From contig OZ024742.1 in assembly GCA_964016885.1 (NCBI GenBank), forward strand, positions 276,830,001 to 276,894,000: a DNA stretch of 64,000 nt. The letters run 5' to 3'. Below the pieces are notes generated by a model, which was given only the letters and a program-made list of their open reading frames with translations, had not been told where the DNA came from and searched no databases. The position numbers and the translations under genes are program-made. Below are positions 37,901 to 50,495 of this stretch, piece after piece. Source of the stretch: Eledone cirrhosa. Its lineage: Eukaryota. The number at the start of each line of letters is the position of its first letter. Position 1 is the first letter of the stretch.

Positions 37901-38696
37901 AGAATAATTGAATAAAAATGATATTGTTTAGCGCATAAGAATACCAATATGAATAAGAACAGACAAGGTACCATTCATACACACACATGTAAAAGTAGAT
38001 TGGCATCTATATAAAAATTTGAGCGACTTCTGTCCGTCTGTCACACAATGTGTGTGTATTTGTATGAATGTATGTGTGTGTAAAAGGAAGGAAAGGGATG
38101 GTGAAAAAACTATTGTAAAACAGCATCGGGCATTCCATTTGCTACGCTGTGTGTGAATGTATGTGTGTGTTTATGTAAACGTATGTGGGCGTGTGTGTTT
38201 GTGTGAATGTATAGGTGTGTTTGTGTGAATGTATGTATATTTATGTGAATGCATGTCTGTGAGTGTGTATTTTTGTAAGTGTGCCTGTGTTTGCGCTTTT
38301 ATATTCACATACTCATACATATAAATGAATGTATATGCATGCACATACATATGCGTCAGTGTGTTTAAAAAAATCCTAGTAATAAATAAAACTATTTTTT
38401 TCCGTTTATGATGTTCAAGACGTTTGGGAAAGATAGGTTGCTTGCAATGAAGTTCTTGTAATTATTGGTGGCTTGCCTTATCAACGTATCAGGTGATGCC
38501 TGTGAGAGTGCTTGGGTATTCCAGCATCTTAGCCTCTCGGTAATGATTTGAATGCGTTGGCTTGTCTAAAAAAATGATTAGAGGGAAACTCCAACACTCC
38601 TTGTTGTGGTATGTGGGTTTTCTTCTCTTTTTTCTTCTTTTTGTTTCATTTAAATATATCTTGGAGATCTGTGATTTACATTAAAGCGTCATTATC

Positions 38697-38882
38697 TGTG
38701 GATTGGCAGTATCGGTAGATAGTCGGACGCCATGCTTTCCAGCATAGTTACGTCTCTTTACGATCTGAGTTCAAATCCCGCCGAGGTTGACTTTGCCTTT
38801 CATCCTTACGGGGTCGATAAAATAAAGTACCAGTAATACACTGGGTAATTGCTGGCCTTGTGCCTAACGTAGAAACAATTAT
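38697..38882 (+). mobile_element. Nin-like tRNA SINE
   Basis: A and B boxes, gcctttcatccttacggggtcgataaa body. Confidence 0.85.
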
Positions 38883-39151
38883 CTATTCGTGCAAAATCAT
38901 TTGATGACAAAGTCTTTTTGTGGTGTCCCAATGATGATAGGACATAGATTTATTTCCTGTGGGATTTACTGCAGTTGAAAATTCAGTTGTTTACTGCTCA
39001 GGATTTAATATGTTCTGAAATCTGCAGGGTTGTTAGGAGTTGACTTTTAGTTATTTATTTGTTGTTAAACAAGATTTAAAGAGAAGTTTAAGAACTTGTC
39101 AGTAAGGGGCCACCTTACAAACAGAAAATTAAGGAAACAACCTCTACTTAC

Positions 39152-39316
39152 ACTGTTAAAGCGCAGACATTTTTAAGACCAGTTGTAGGCAAGCGGGCAG
39201 TAGCAAATGACCGACCTTGGTTAAACATCTCTGATACCTGGGTGGGCAAGTAATTGGCTGAAGTTTTCAGGGCTTGACCAAAATAGCCCATCCACCCTTG
39301 GCTGTCTTCAGGAGGT
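39152..39316 (-). CDS. WIPI2: WIPI2 exon ([55 protein letters not shown])
   Basis: 165 bp, AG/GT, phase 2-2; strong match to WIPI2. Confidence 0.95.
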
Positions 39317-39768
39317 CTGGAAGATAAAACAATAACAAAAAAAAAAAAATTGTTTATCAGTACAATATGTACATTTAAATGAATAAATATAAAAACAAAC
39401 ACATATACATGCATGTGTGCCCTCTCTTACTTTAATTCTTCAAATTACTCTAATAAAGTGGTTGGTGTTAAGAAGAGCACCCAGCTGTAGAAAACATGCT
39501 AGAAGGGAACATATGAATGAGATGCAGTCATCTGACATGTCTGGCCTAAGAATGTGACAACCTGGCCAATCCATGGAAAACAGATATAAAACAGTGACAA
39601 CGACAATGATGATAATGTTTGATTTACTATATGTAGATTCCATAGAGTGGTTTGTAAAAAATAACTGATGTAATTATGCATAGTACACAATATTTCCACA
39701 CTCATTGAGAACTCAAAGTAATTGACTTTGCATACTATGTACATTTGTAATGGTGGCTTTATTTAATA

Positions 39769-42700
39769 CTAGCTGACGTACCCAGCTTCGCCCGGGTAAA
39801 CAGATGATAAGAGAAGACATGTAAAAGAGAAAATTACTGTATTGGATGTTTGTCTGGTTACAGTATGAGGCAAGTCCGTGGTGACTGTGTGATACCAAAA
39901 ACAGTAAAAAAAATCTTCCAGATATACCAGATTCTTCGTTGTACCATTTGTGCATAGTATATGAACAATTCTAGGTGCTCCAACCTAGAATAGTGACCTC
40001 TAGGAGATGGTTCATCTTCTGCCTGACTGTAAAACGTGTATCATTGCATAGACGTGGTTGTTCCACGTTTCTCAAAAGGATTATGGAAGTTCCAATCTTT
40101 TATATTATATGTAGATATAGATATAGATAATTAATATAAAAGATGTCCGTCAATGTAAAAAAGGTCCCTATTTACTTGAAATGGTTTATACAAACGCCAA
40201 ATTAATATGGATATGGATAACATGCTTATCTATATGTGGTCAGCTAAATTAATAAAACAACAAATTATATGACACAAAAATTTATTCAGTAATTTCCAGG
40301 CCGTTAGGCCACTGAGTAATTGACTGTCAATGTTGCCCAGAGTTCAACTCGGAGAGGTGGTCTGGTTTAAACTCCAAATGGCGGATCCTTCTACTTCGAA
40401 AATAGAATCGTTTTTCAATATTACTCCAGCCCTGGCCGGCCATAGGCATCAAACATTTTGCCAGACTCAGCATATGATGAGGTTTTATTACCACCGCTAT
40501 CAGAAGCGATAAATTTGAAGGCAATTTCTACCAATACTTGTTGGTATTTATTGCGCAACATAGCAGTGAAAGCAATTTTTACCAATACTTGTTTGTTTTT
40601 ATTGCTCATAACGGCATTAAATGACATTGAACATAAATGATAACTCTGTCAAAGCTCACAATACTGATCAAAGGACACCAAAGTCCGATTCATTTACGTT
40701 GCTTATTGATAGCATTAAAGATATGCATACATCAGCTCAAAGCTTCATTATAGACAATATTCAGGTTTGTTCCTCTGTTAGTGGTATCAATTGCAAATTT
40801 TATACCATCAGGATCGCACACTCGAAATGCAGCAACATACAGTTGCCCATGGCTGAATGCTGGATCATTCAAGTAGATACCGACTCGCTTGAAAGTCTGT
40901 CCTTGTGCCTTGTTGACAGTCATGGAGAAGGCCAAATGAATGGCAGCAGATCTTCACTTGGTCTCAGCATGATCCTCGGAATGAGAACCGATTCCTCTCT
41001 GCCTGGGAGTTTAGCTTCTAAAACTCTTCCGTTAATCAATCTCTCAACAATCAACCTGGTACCATTGCAAAGACCCATTTTATGATTAGTATTTCTAAGC
41101 AATATAATCGGTATACCCTTTTTCAACCTCAAAATATGTGGGGGAAATCTGGGTATTTGAAGTGAATTCAGATACTCAGTCAGAACATCCATATTGTTCT
41201 GCTGATTAGGCACCATTGCATCCGCACTGACGGTCAACCATTCCTCTCCAGGAAACATTCCGGCTACTTGTGAATTTATTTCATCGACCGTTGCATTCGT
41301 ATGAGTTAGAATAACGCGTTCCGATATCCAGGAGATATTCTGCCAAAAAGCATTCAAATTAGGGAACACCCAGTCAATCAATGCTTGGTGGTCCAGTGGC
41401 ATGACCAAATGGTCTGGGATTCTTACAGTCTGATTATCACAAACGTGTGGCAATTCATTGTTTCCCAACTGCATCAACCATCGGCCATATGTCTCAGCCT
41501 CTTCGTTTTGCCCGAACATACGAAGTCGCATTTTATTGTGTAATCGCAAAACTCTGAAATGGCTCCACAACGGGGACTTTTTCAGACATGCATCGACAAT
41601 TTGCGCTCTTTGAGCATTCCTAACAATTGGTAGCACCTGTCTGAAATCGCCACCAAGAACGATAGTCTTACCACCGAATAGCAGGTCATTACCGCAGATA
41701 TTTCTCAAAGTTCTGTCCAATGCCTCCAGCAAATATCTGTGTGCCATTGGAGCCTCGTCCCAAATAATCAGAGACGTATTGCGTATAAGGCCCGCGAGTT
41801 CACTTTGTCCTGTAATGTTACAGACACTCAACTCATCCGGAGTCAATGGAGCCTTGAAGCATGAGTGTAAGGTCCTTCCACCACTCAGCAAAGTGGCAGT
41901 GATCCCACTGGTGGCCACAGGGAGAGCAATCTTCCTCTGAGCTCTGACTGCCGATAACATAGTGTTGAAACAGAATGTCTTCCCGGTGCCTCCTGGAGCA
42001 CCTATGAAAGCACAAAGTTGCTCATTAGTGGAAATCGAGTGGAGAACGCCATCGACCAATTCTCTCTGAGATTGGGTCAACATTGGCATACGTTCATCCA
42101 CAATACGTTGCTGTTCCAGTGGATCAAACTGGAATAGTTCCCTCCGATCGAGTGGCAGCCGTCTAAGCTGCAATCTCATGTTCAATGCTAAGACATGTTG
42201 CCGCATTTCTTCATCAGGAATTGGCAAATTGAAATCTGTTAAACATTTGAAATGAACTTCAAGCAGTTGCTCAATATTGAGCAAAACAATAGCTTTCATC
42301 AAATTTTCATCATCGACCTGAAGATGATGCCTCAAATCATCAGCCATAATTCCCCAATGGCATTCAAATAACTCTCTTGGATCAGCAGGATTGCAGAATC
42401 CTAGAATCGTGACAAACAACTGCCTTATTTGAGCTGGCATCTGTGTTGTTCCTGCAGCTCCCATGGCGTTATTCCATTCAGCGTCATCTTGAAGGAGTCC
42501 CATATGCTGACACACAGCCTGGTATGTTTCATATTACACGCCATTGATTGTTTTCAAATCAGCGAAGCTCTGTTTACCTCTCGAAAAATCATTATGCAAC
42601 AGAATTCGGAGATAAAACACATCACCAGATGCTGGATGGATGGACATTACAAACCCGTCCAATAGTCATGAATCTCAACTTTTGTTTTCTATCATTCCAT

Positions 42701-45700
42701 TTCTTTCCCTTCTTATCCCATGTATAGTGCGAAGGGAAATCGCAGTAGAGCTGCCTTTGATCCGGGTTCAAAGCATGTTCCCTATTATGCTTGAACCACT
42801 CAGTCAATTCCGTCTTAGGAGGTGGTGCGTTAGCAATTCTTTCGACACCTCTTCTAGTGTCCTGAAAACAGACCATTTGCCTATTCTCTAAATGAACCAT
42901 CAGTTTCTGAACGCTGGGTTTGCGTTCATTGAGATCAAAATCGAACAATCTCCAGCAAGCTTCGCTAGATCCAATCGAGCGAACATCCTGGAACCTGCCA
43001 ACTTCATCTCCTTGGTTCGCTTCTTCATTCCTGACATTGATCATTGCCCGATCATGACCTTTGGAAACATATTTTAATTGATATTTGCAAGCTTTCACTG
43101 AGCTACAAATTTCCACATTAATATGACAACGATATTTCATAATCAAATATGGATTGTATGGCACAACCCATTGATTTGTAACCTGTCGACTGTTTACATT
43201 TTTGACCATACCGCCATCTGCAGGCGACCGTCTTCTGTATGAGGGATGAGCATCCCCATCATTCCAGGAAGTGTTCGTGACAAAAGATTTCGGAAAGTGC
43301 TTACTGCATTGGCCATTTTTCATGCAAGGCGCTTTCCGATTTGCCACTCCGCATTGGTTGTGCACCATTGACTTTGCCACCAAGTTGCGTAGTGCCTCAT
43401 TCTCTGGCAATTCAGCACACACAATGCTGTCGACATCCTCAGCACATCTCAATTTGCAATCTCTATGTAAAATGATCAGCAAATGTGCATGTGGCAATCC
43501 TCTTTTTTAGAATTCAATTACGTATGTAAAAGCAACTATACCTCCAAAGATTCCCTCTTTTTCCACATCATCCATTATCTTTTTCAGATATCCTTTGAAT
43601 AGTCTTGCCACAATATCAGGACGGTCCTTTGGCTGTTGTCCATCCTTAATATCAGTCCATTCAGGATTGCATGTAACCGTTATAAACAAATCTGGCTTTC
43701 CCAACTTTCTGACAATAGCCATTGCATCCTGATAGCGAATGTTCATATATCTCGAGCCGCCGATGAACGACGATGGCAAAATGATGCGTCGACCAATTTG
43801 CTTGTAATTGGCATCATCGGCTGTTATCGCATCCTGTATATAATTATACAATTCAGCTCTGATATGTTGCTGATGTGTAGCTATATAATTTAGCCTTTGA
43901 TTTTCGATCTTTGCGAATGCCATACAACAGAATTCCTGGAACAATCTGCTGGCTTGAAATAGCGCATTTCTCTGTTGATTCCTCTCGTTCAAATGGAACG
44001 CGTAAAAGTCGCGAATCGAATTATTGTGTCTATAGCCACCTCCCTGTTGATGCTGATTCTCATGATCATCTAAATGAATAGACATGTTCCATCCATTTTC
44101 ACCTATTGGGAATAAAAGAACATAATGCAATGGATCGTATGCCCTATTTGACTCATTGATAGTCTTGAGACCACCATCTCTGTGATTGAGGACGATATCT
44201 CTCGATCCAGGCTTATTGTCCATCAACACAGCAACTTCACAAAATCCTTCAGGGGCATTATATCGTCGTTCGTGTTGATTCCTTGGCACTGCGTCAGCTT
44301 TAATCACCAATGTTTGCTGCTGAACATTTTGCAATTCAGCCACCAACATGAAATCCATAACATAAGGATTACACTGTCTAAGCCATGATTGCAAATCACG
44401 GATCAAATCACTTAACCTTTGCCATTCAAGTTCAGTTATATTTCCCGGAAACTTCATCCAACCGATCCTGATATCCTCCTCCGATTCACTATAATTTGGA
44501 TCGTTAACGTAAATTTGAGCGAATCGAGGTCTCTCTCCTGGTGTAACTTCTAAATTACCGATACAATGATACAAACGGCCTTGAATGACTACATTCGGTT
44601 GCCATGCTCCCCACTCTCAAACATTTCACTAACTCTCTGCGATGCTAAAGCTAATGAATTGTTAATTTGCGGCGAATATGTGCGCAGTAATCTACCTCGG
44701 TCTCTTTGATCACCCCACATACTTAGTATTTTAAACTCCGGTGACTCCTCATCATCCGGCATTCGCAAGGGTTCTAGTTGAACTGCTCCTTTATGACAGC
44801 ACATTGTGGTCCACGTCTTTTCGTGCCTCCAAAGCAATGCACCACAATGTAGACACTCTGCTCACCCACCAATCTGAAAATGACACGGTTGCCATGATCC
44901 ATTTTTAATATCATTCGTTCGCCTTCTAGCCTCTTTACTGGAATGAGGAGCACTTTGGCGACACATTCTCTGAACTTCTGTATTGCGCTGCGCTGTTCAG
45001 CCAGCTCCTCTTCATCCATCGCAGCACGCCGTTGCTGCTGAATTCTGTCCATCTGCTGATGATGCTCAGCCAGTTCGTCTTCAACCATCGTAGCATGCCG
45101 TCGCTGCTTGGCTCCAGTGTTTCGTTGGCGTTGTTCAGCCAGCTCCTCTTCATTCATGGCGGCACGTCTTCGCCTCTGAAGTTCGGTGTTCCGATGGCGC
45201 TGTTCGGCCCGTTTTTTTTTCATTGCTGGCTGCACGCCGTCGCCGCTGTAGTTCACTGTTTGATAAAGTCCAATTGCTTTTATTTTCAGTATTCATCTCG
45301 AGCAATTGTCAAAAAATGACAATAATAAATATAAAAGATGTTCGGCAATGTAAAGAAAGGTCCCTATTTACTCCCTTCACAACTATGTGTATGTTAGACT
45401 GACAGACAGGCACACAGACAGATAAACTGCGTGGCGATTGTGGAATGCCACACACATACACGCATGGAAACGCGCACACGCACGCAAACTTACACACGCA
45501 CGCAAACTTACACACGCACACACTCACACATGTTGATAGTTTTTACTTTCTGTGGAACGATGCACGCACGCACACATACGCGCATGTACATACACACGCA
45601 CACATGTTAATAGTTATTGAACACAGCGGTCACACTCTCCCCTCTCACTCCCTCATTGGCATTATGCATATTAATTTCAGTTTGGCGTCGTTGAGGTGGG

Positions 45701-45784
45701 CGGAGTCGTTTGAAACCTATGAACCAATGATAATCGAGAATTATGACACACGGAATACTGACGTTCTTCAAATTAATAAATAGA
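39769..45784 (-). mobile_element. Full-length Helitron (6.0 kb) in a WIPI2 intron
   Basis: A|TC 5' end, hairpin tacccgggc-gaa-gctgggta plus CTAG|T 3' end, no TSD; encodes RepHel. Confidence 0.95.
40732..45270 (-). pseudogene. Helitron Rep/PIF1-helicase (RepHel), disrupted by stops and frameshifts
   Basis: Rep motifs GKPDLFITVTCNPEW, EF*KRGLPHAH, YQLKYVSKG; helicase motifs GAPGGTGKT, WDEAPM, GGDFRQVLP, MTVNKAQGQT, FSHGQLYVA; N-terminal 22-aa E/R-rich repeats. Confidence 0.95.
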
Positions 45785-45985
45785 TGTGCTTTTATGGTTA
45801 GAATATACATTAGAATTAGTGAAAATGTGTGACAGAGATAGACAATAAAAGAGAAAGAAGAGAGAGGAATAGTAAGAGGAGAATATGTACAATAATGAGT
45901 GATGAAAGTGAGTGAGAAGAGTAAGAGAGGAAATGACAAACACACATTAAATCATGCATTAAGCAGCTGTCATGTGTATATATTT

Positions 45986-46058
45986 GGTTGTGACATAAAT
46001 TCCCGCCGTTGTTATAAAACTTCTTCATTGAAAAACGGCGGGAATTTATGTTACAACC
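45986..46058. repeat. Inverted repeat with 25-bp arms and a 23-bp loop
   Basis: ggttgtgacataaattcccgccgtt / aacggcgggaatttatgttacaacc. Confidence 0.9.
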
Positions 46059-46300
46059 CAATAAAACACATAATTATATATGTAAATATGTCTTTATGTA
46101 TTTCTCTGTGGATTTAAAAAGATGAACAGCTTCACCTGAGTTTTGGGCTTTGTTGAGATCATCAGACGCTAACTACATCTACAAACCAATAGAGACTAAA
46201 GGTTTTATATAGCTATCAAATGTGATAATAACAGTGAATTGGATGTTAATTTGCATAATTTTAGTGCTTATGATGGTAGCTAATTCAATTATATATTAAA

Positions 46301-47093
46301 TTAGTAGCAGTACCCAGCGTTGCCTGGGTAGGTAAAATAATAGCTTTGATGAAAAGGTGTTGATCTAAGCGACTGCTTCTCAATGACTCATCTATGGCCA
46401 CACACAGACCATGCGGGGGAGGGTGGTGATGACCTCTATCACTGAGAAACGCGAGTGACTGACAAAGGGGCATGCTGGGGGAGGGAATTTCGAATTTGAA
46501 CAAAATCGGTTGAAAAATGTGTGAGCTAGAGCCAAAAAGGAGGAAATTTGAGCAAAAAGGTGGTATTTTCGAATATTTAAGTGGCTGCCATGCCGTTCCT
46601 GAACAAAATATCCAAAATGTAAAGCCACGTTCAGACGTGAAATAATCAGATCTAGCGTAGTGTAAAATTTGAACAAAGTAGGTTGATTAATGTGGGAGCT
46701 AGAGCCGAAAAGTGGAAATTTGAGTCTAAAAGTGGTATTTTTGAATATTTAAGCAGCTTCCATGCTGTCCCTGAACAACAAATGCAAAATATAAAGCCAT
46801 TACAGGATGTGCAATGATAAATTCTATTTTGCTTTAAAATTTGAATGAAATCGGTGGCAAAATGTGGGAGCTATAGCCAAAAATCTTATTTTTCGATACA
46901 TAAAAAAAGGTGACCCCCCCTATCGATTTTTATCTGCAGAATGACCCCGGAATAAAAAAACGATACACTGATATATAGAAAACACTCCCTGATGACTAAT
47001 CTATGAGCCTGAAAGTTTCATGAAAATCGGTCGTAAGATGTAGGCCCCTATAGGTAATACACAGACATACACATACTTAATTTTATATACAGA
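46301..47093 (-). mobile_element. Non-autonomous Helitron of a second family, with ~175-bp internal tandem units
   Basis: A|TCTGTATATAAAA 5' end; hairpin tacccaggc-aac-gctgggta plus CTAA|T 3' end. Confidence 0.8.
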
Positions 47094-47416
47094 TTGTGCA
47101 CTAAATATACTTATAGTATACTTCAGCAGTTGAATGCAGAATTCGAGTAAATAACAGAGGGCTGAGGACTGAACCTTGATGACCCTACTTGAAAGAGAGG
47201 AACTCCTTGGTATCATCAGAGAAATAGCAGTGCTCAGTATGCAGAAAATGTGTAGGGAGGAATTTTATGAGTACCCAGTGTAAATTATGAACACACAAGA
47301 GATGTAGTGGGATCAGGCTAACAAAGAATGTAAACTTTGTATGCAGCAAATGCAGAGTAGCAGTAAAGTCTAAGAGCACATGAGGAATAGACTTTCAAAA
47401 ATTCTCAGACAGTTTT

Positions 47417-47765
47417 AGGCGGCACATGGCTTAGTGGTTAGAGCATTGGCCTTGCAATCGAAAGGCTGTGAGTTCAATTCTCAGACCGGGTGATGTGTTG
47501 TTTCCTTGAGCAAGACACTTTATTTCACATTGCTCCAGTTTACTCAGCTGTAGAAATGAGATGATAGGGACTGGCGTCCATATCATTCCACTGCAAAGTG
47601 GTCGTGGAGGTGCCGCGGTAAAACAGCACCCAGCACTCACTGTAAATGAGGTTGGTGTAGGAAGGGCATCCAGCTGTAGAAATCAAGCCAGAATCAGTTC
47701 CTGTCCCACCCTTGCAAGCAGGGAAAAAGCGGACGTAAAATGAAATGATGATGATGAAATGATGA
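47417..47765 (+). mobile_element. tRNA-derived SINE with CORE/Meta-like body and RTE-type (GAT)n tail
   Basis: tggcttagtggttagagc, gagttcaattc, ccttgagcaagacacttt; 3' end shared with the RTE tails. Confidence 0.8.
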
Positions 47766-47832
47766 GTTTTATTGTGAGTTAATTAGTGGAGGTAGGTGTT
47801 CTGAAAATGTAGCAGCTAGAGTAAGAACTGGT

Positions 47833-48060
47833 TTAACCCTTTAGCATTTACATTACTCTATATTTACTATTGTATTTTCACAGTAAAGGCTTTACCACAC
47901 ATGATTATGTCACATAATATTGAATCTATAAGATTTTGATATTATTTATTTTGAGAACAATACCTTAATATCAGTATGAGTGGCTGGTTACAACTGGTTT
48001 GAACAGAAAGAAGTAGAGAATTCTGGCCGGATATGGCCGGTTTAAATGCTAAAGGGTTAA
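47833..48060 (-). mobile_element. piggyBac-like MITE with perfect termini
   Basis: TTAACCCTTTAGCATTTA...TAAATGCTAAAGGGTTAA. Confidence 0.88.
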
Positions 48061-49415
48061 AGAAATTCATAGACCAATAACCTCTTCTGGCAATAAAAAA
48101 ACCTATCTTTTAGAATGAAGGGCAGATAATATGGTGCTGGTGTACAACGTGTGATGATGCATGGTAAGATGCCATGGGCTATGAATACAGAGGATTTGTG
48201 AAAAGTGGAAAGAAGCAAGCATGCTCTAGTGGTTGTATAATGTCAATGTCATGAATGACAGAGCACAAATGAGTTTAGAAAAAAACTGAGATAAGTGGAA
48301 TAAGATGTGGTGTTCAAGAGGGAAGATTACATTGTCATGGGCATGTGATGCATATGGAGAATGACAGCTGTATAAAGAAATACAGAGCATTCAAAGTGGA
48401 TGGAACTTGTCAAAGAGGAAGATCAAGGAAAACATGAGACAAAGTGGTGAAGACTGATCTCAAGAAGCTAAACATCATAATAGAGAGGATGAAGGATGTA
48501 ATAACTGGCGACATGTAGAACAGGAGAAGACCTATCATCCTAAACTAGCATGGTAAACTAACCCTAAAATAGTTATAGTTAGAGGGTACATCTGTACTTT
48601 GGTCTCTCCTAAATCTCCATCTACATGATCCCCTCTCATTTCTCTCTCATACACATACACACCGCCATGTGATCTAAGGATGGCATTGGATCTAACAATT
48701 TTTACTCTAGGAGGGTCCCCCACCCACTCTTTTATTTGTCCCACCCTTAATAGGGTATGTCTTAATCTTGTTCATATTCAACTTCCTTCCCTGCTAGTGA
48801 CCTTATCAATCTACTCCCTCTCTAACTATGAGCATCAGATCCACTTTGAACCTATACAACCTACCACCACCCTCTTTAGAGTACCAGCAACCTCTCGCTC
48901 TCACCAAAGTCACTTCTCATTGACATATATCACTCTCTCCTCCTCACCCAATACTGTCTTCTTCCCATTCTACCCCACCTCCAGACATTCTTCTATTACT
49001 CCTTCTTACACTGCCTCTCCCCATTTCTATCCCTTCAACCTTCCCCTCACTCCAATTCACTCTATCTTTCCCATTCCTTATCCATTTGCTCTAATTCTTC
49101 TGTCAATGCTGTTTCTTCTATCCACCCTATGGTTCATGTTGCCTTGATTGAATTAAAACAATCTAGGGTAGTTAGTACCCTTTAGTTTAGTGAAAGGAAT
49201 AAATGTCTCAAAATTCATATAATTATAATATAATTGTTCTAAGAGATTTTCTGGTTGTGATACAAAGCTAGATCATGATTTATCATCCCAAAGTGTAATA
49301 TGTCTACATAAACTATTTCTCTGTTTCAGAGTCAAAAATGTAGCTAAAAAAGGAAGAATTAAAATCATGTATTTGTATACAAAGGTAAAAAACAAAGCAA
49401 ACAAAGCCAACTTAC

Positions 49416-49523
49416 TTGTCTTTCATAGTTTCTAATTTGAATACATGGACTGTTTCAGTATTACTAGAGGCAGCCAAAAACAGAGAATCTGGGCTGAATG
49501 CCAAGGAATATATAGTAACACAC
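49416..49523 (-). CDS. WIPI2: WIPI2 exon ([36 protein letters not shown])
   Basis: 108 bp, AG/GT, phase 2-2; conserved SSNTETVH motif. Confidence 0.95.
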
Positions 49524-49945
49524 CTTAAAAAGAGAAATTTAAAAAAAGAAAAGAGAAAATCATTAATTTGTGCTGGATCATAAGAGCACCACTGAAAATG
49601 TTGACCTCATGTGATGTATCTTTACTAGTAGATAGATTATTGAGAAAATTTGTAGAATTACACTAAAGATTTTGATTTTGAATATGATGCAATAATAGGG
49701 CTGTTTTGTACTTTTTAAGAGTGTCTTATCAATTGGGCTTCATGTGGAACAGGAGATTAAGAGTTAATATTTATTTTAAAACATTCAAACATAATATTAC
49801 ACGAGAGAGTGGTTCCTATATTACTAAATCCTTCCAGATTCTTGATTATTTTCAAAATGATTTGAAAATTATAGGCAGTGACTTTCATTAGAAATATTGT
49901 AATAAAAGAGTTAAATACAAGATATTAAAATACCTTATTACTTAC

Positions 49946-50016
49946 CGTTTAACTCCTCTCCGGAATTCAAATAATTTTTGACCATCAGGAACAGAAAATA
50001 CACGAATAACAGTACC
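49946..50016 (-). CDS. WIPI2: WIPI2 exon with the phosphoinositide-binding FRRG motif (GTVIRVFSVPDGQKLFEFRRGVKR)
   Basis: 71 bp, AG/GT; PROPPIN FRRG signature. Confidence 0.96.
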
Positions 50017-50495
50017 CTAATGGAAAAAAGTATATATATATTCATAATTTAATTTAGGTAAAACCCAAAGATTATAATTTAAATCATTTTACTAATTTCT
50101 ACGTCCATTTCAATTTAATTAAACATCAATTGCAAACATCAATAATAATAAATTAATTAATTAAATCAACAAACATTGTAATCACATGTGACAAATCTCT
50201 TCAAGAAACAAATATTAGATTTAGGAAATGCATGTTCTAAAATACCAGGTAAGCAGGTGGTAATCAGCAAATAAGAGACAAAGTGAAAAGAAGTTTTTAA
50301 AAATGTGTGTATTATCATCCTCATTTAATGTCCACTTTCCCTAGGGTTAGATGAGTTTACTGAAGTAGGGCTACTGATTCCCAGACAAACTGGGAGTGGG
50401 GTGGGCTCTATCTCATTTAAGCATGGTCTCACATTCTACCAAGTGCACAACAGAAGTTGTCATGTCTTTCACCCAACTGAGGCCGTAACCGGGGT

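Larger units (their letters stand above)
47140..48560 (+). mobile_element. Old RTE LINE fragment interrupted by a SINE (47417-47765) and a piggyBac MITE (47833-48060)
   Basis: Decayed CSVCRK..HKRCSGI and ARVRTG|KKF reading continues across both inserts. Confidence 0.7.

Noticed and set aside
38697-38785. tRNA-like sequences with A and B boxes (many copies)
   Set aside because: They are SINE heads followed by SINE bodies, with no complete cloverleaf
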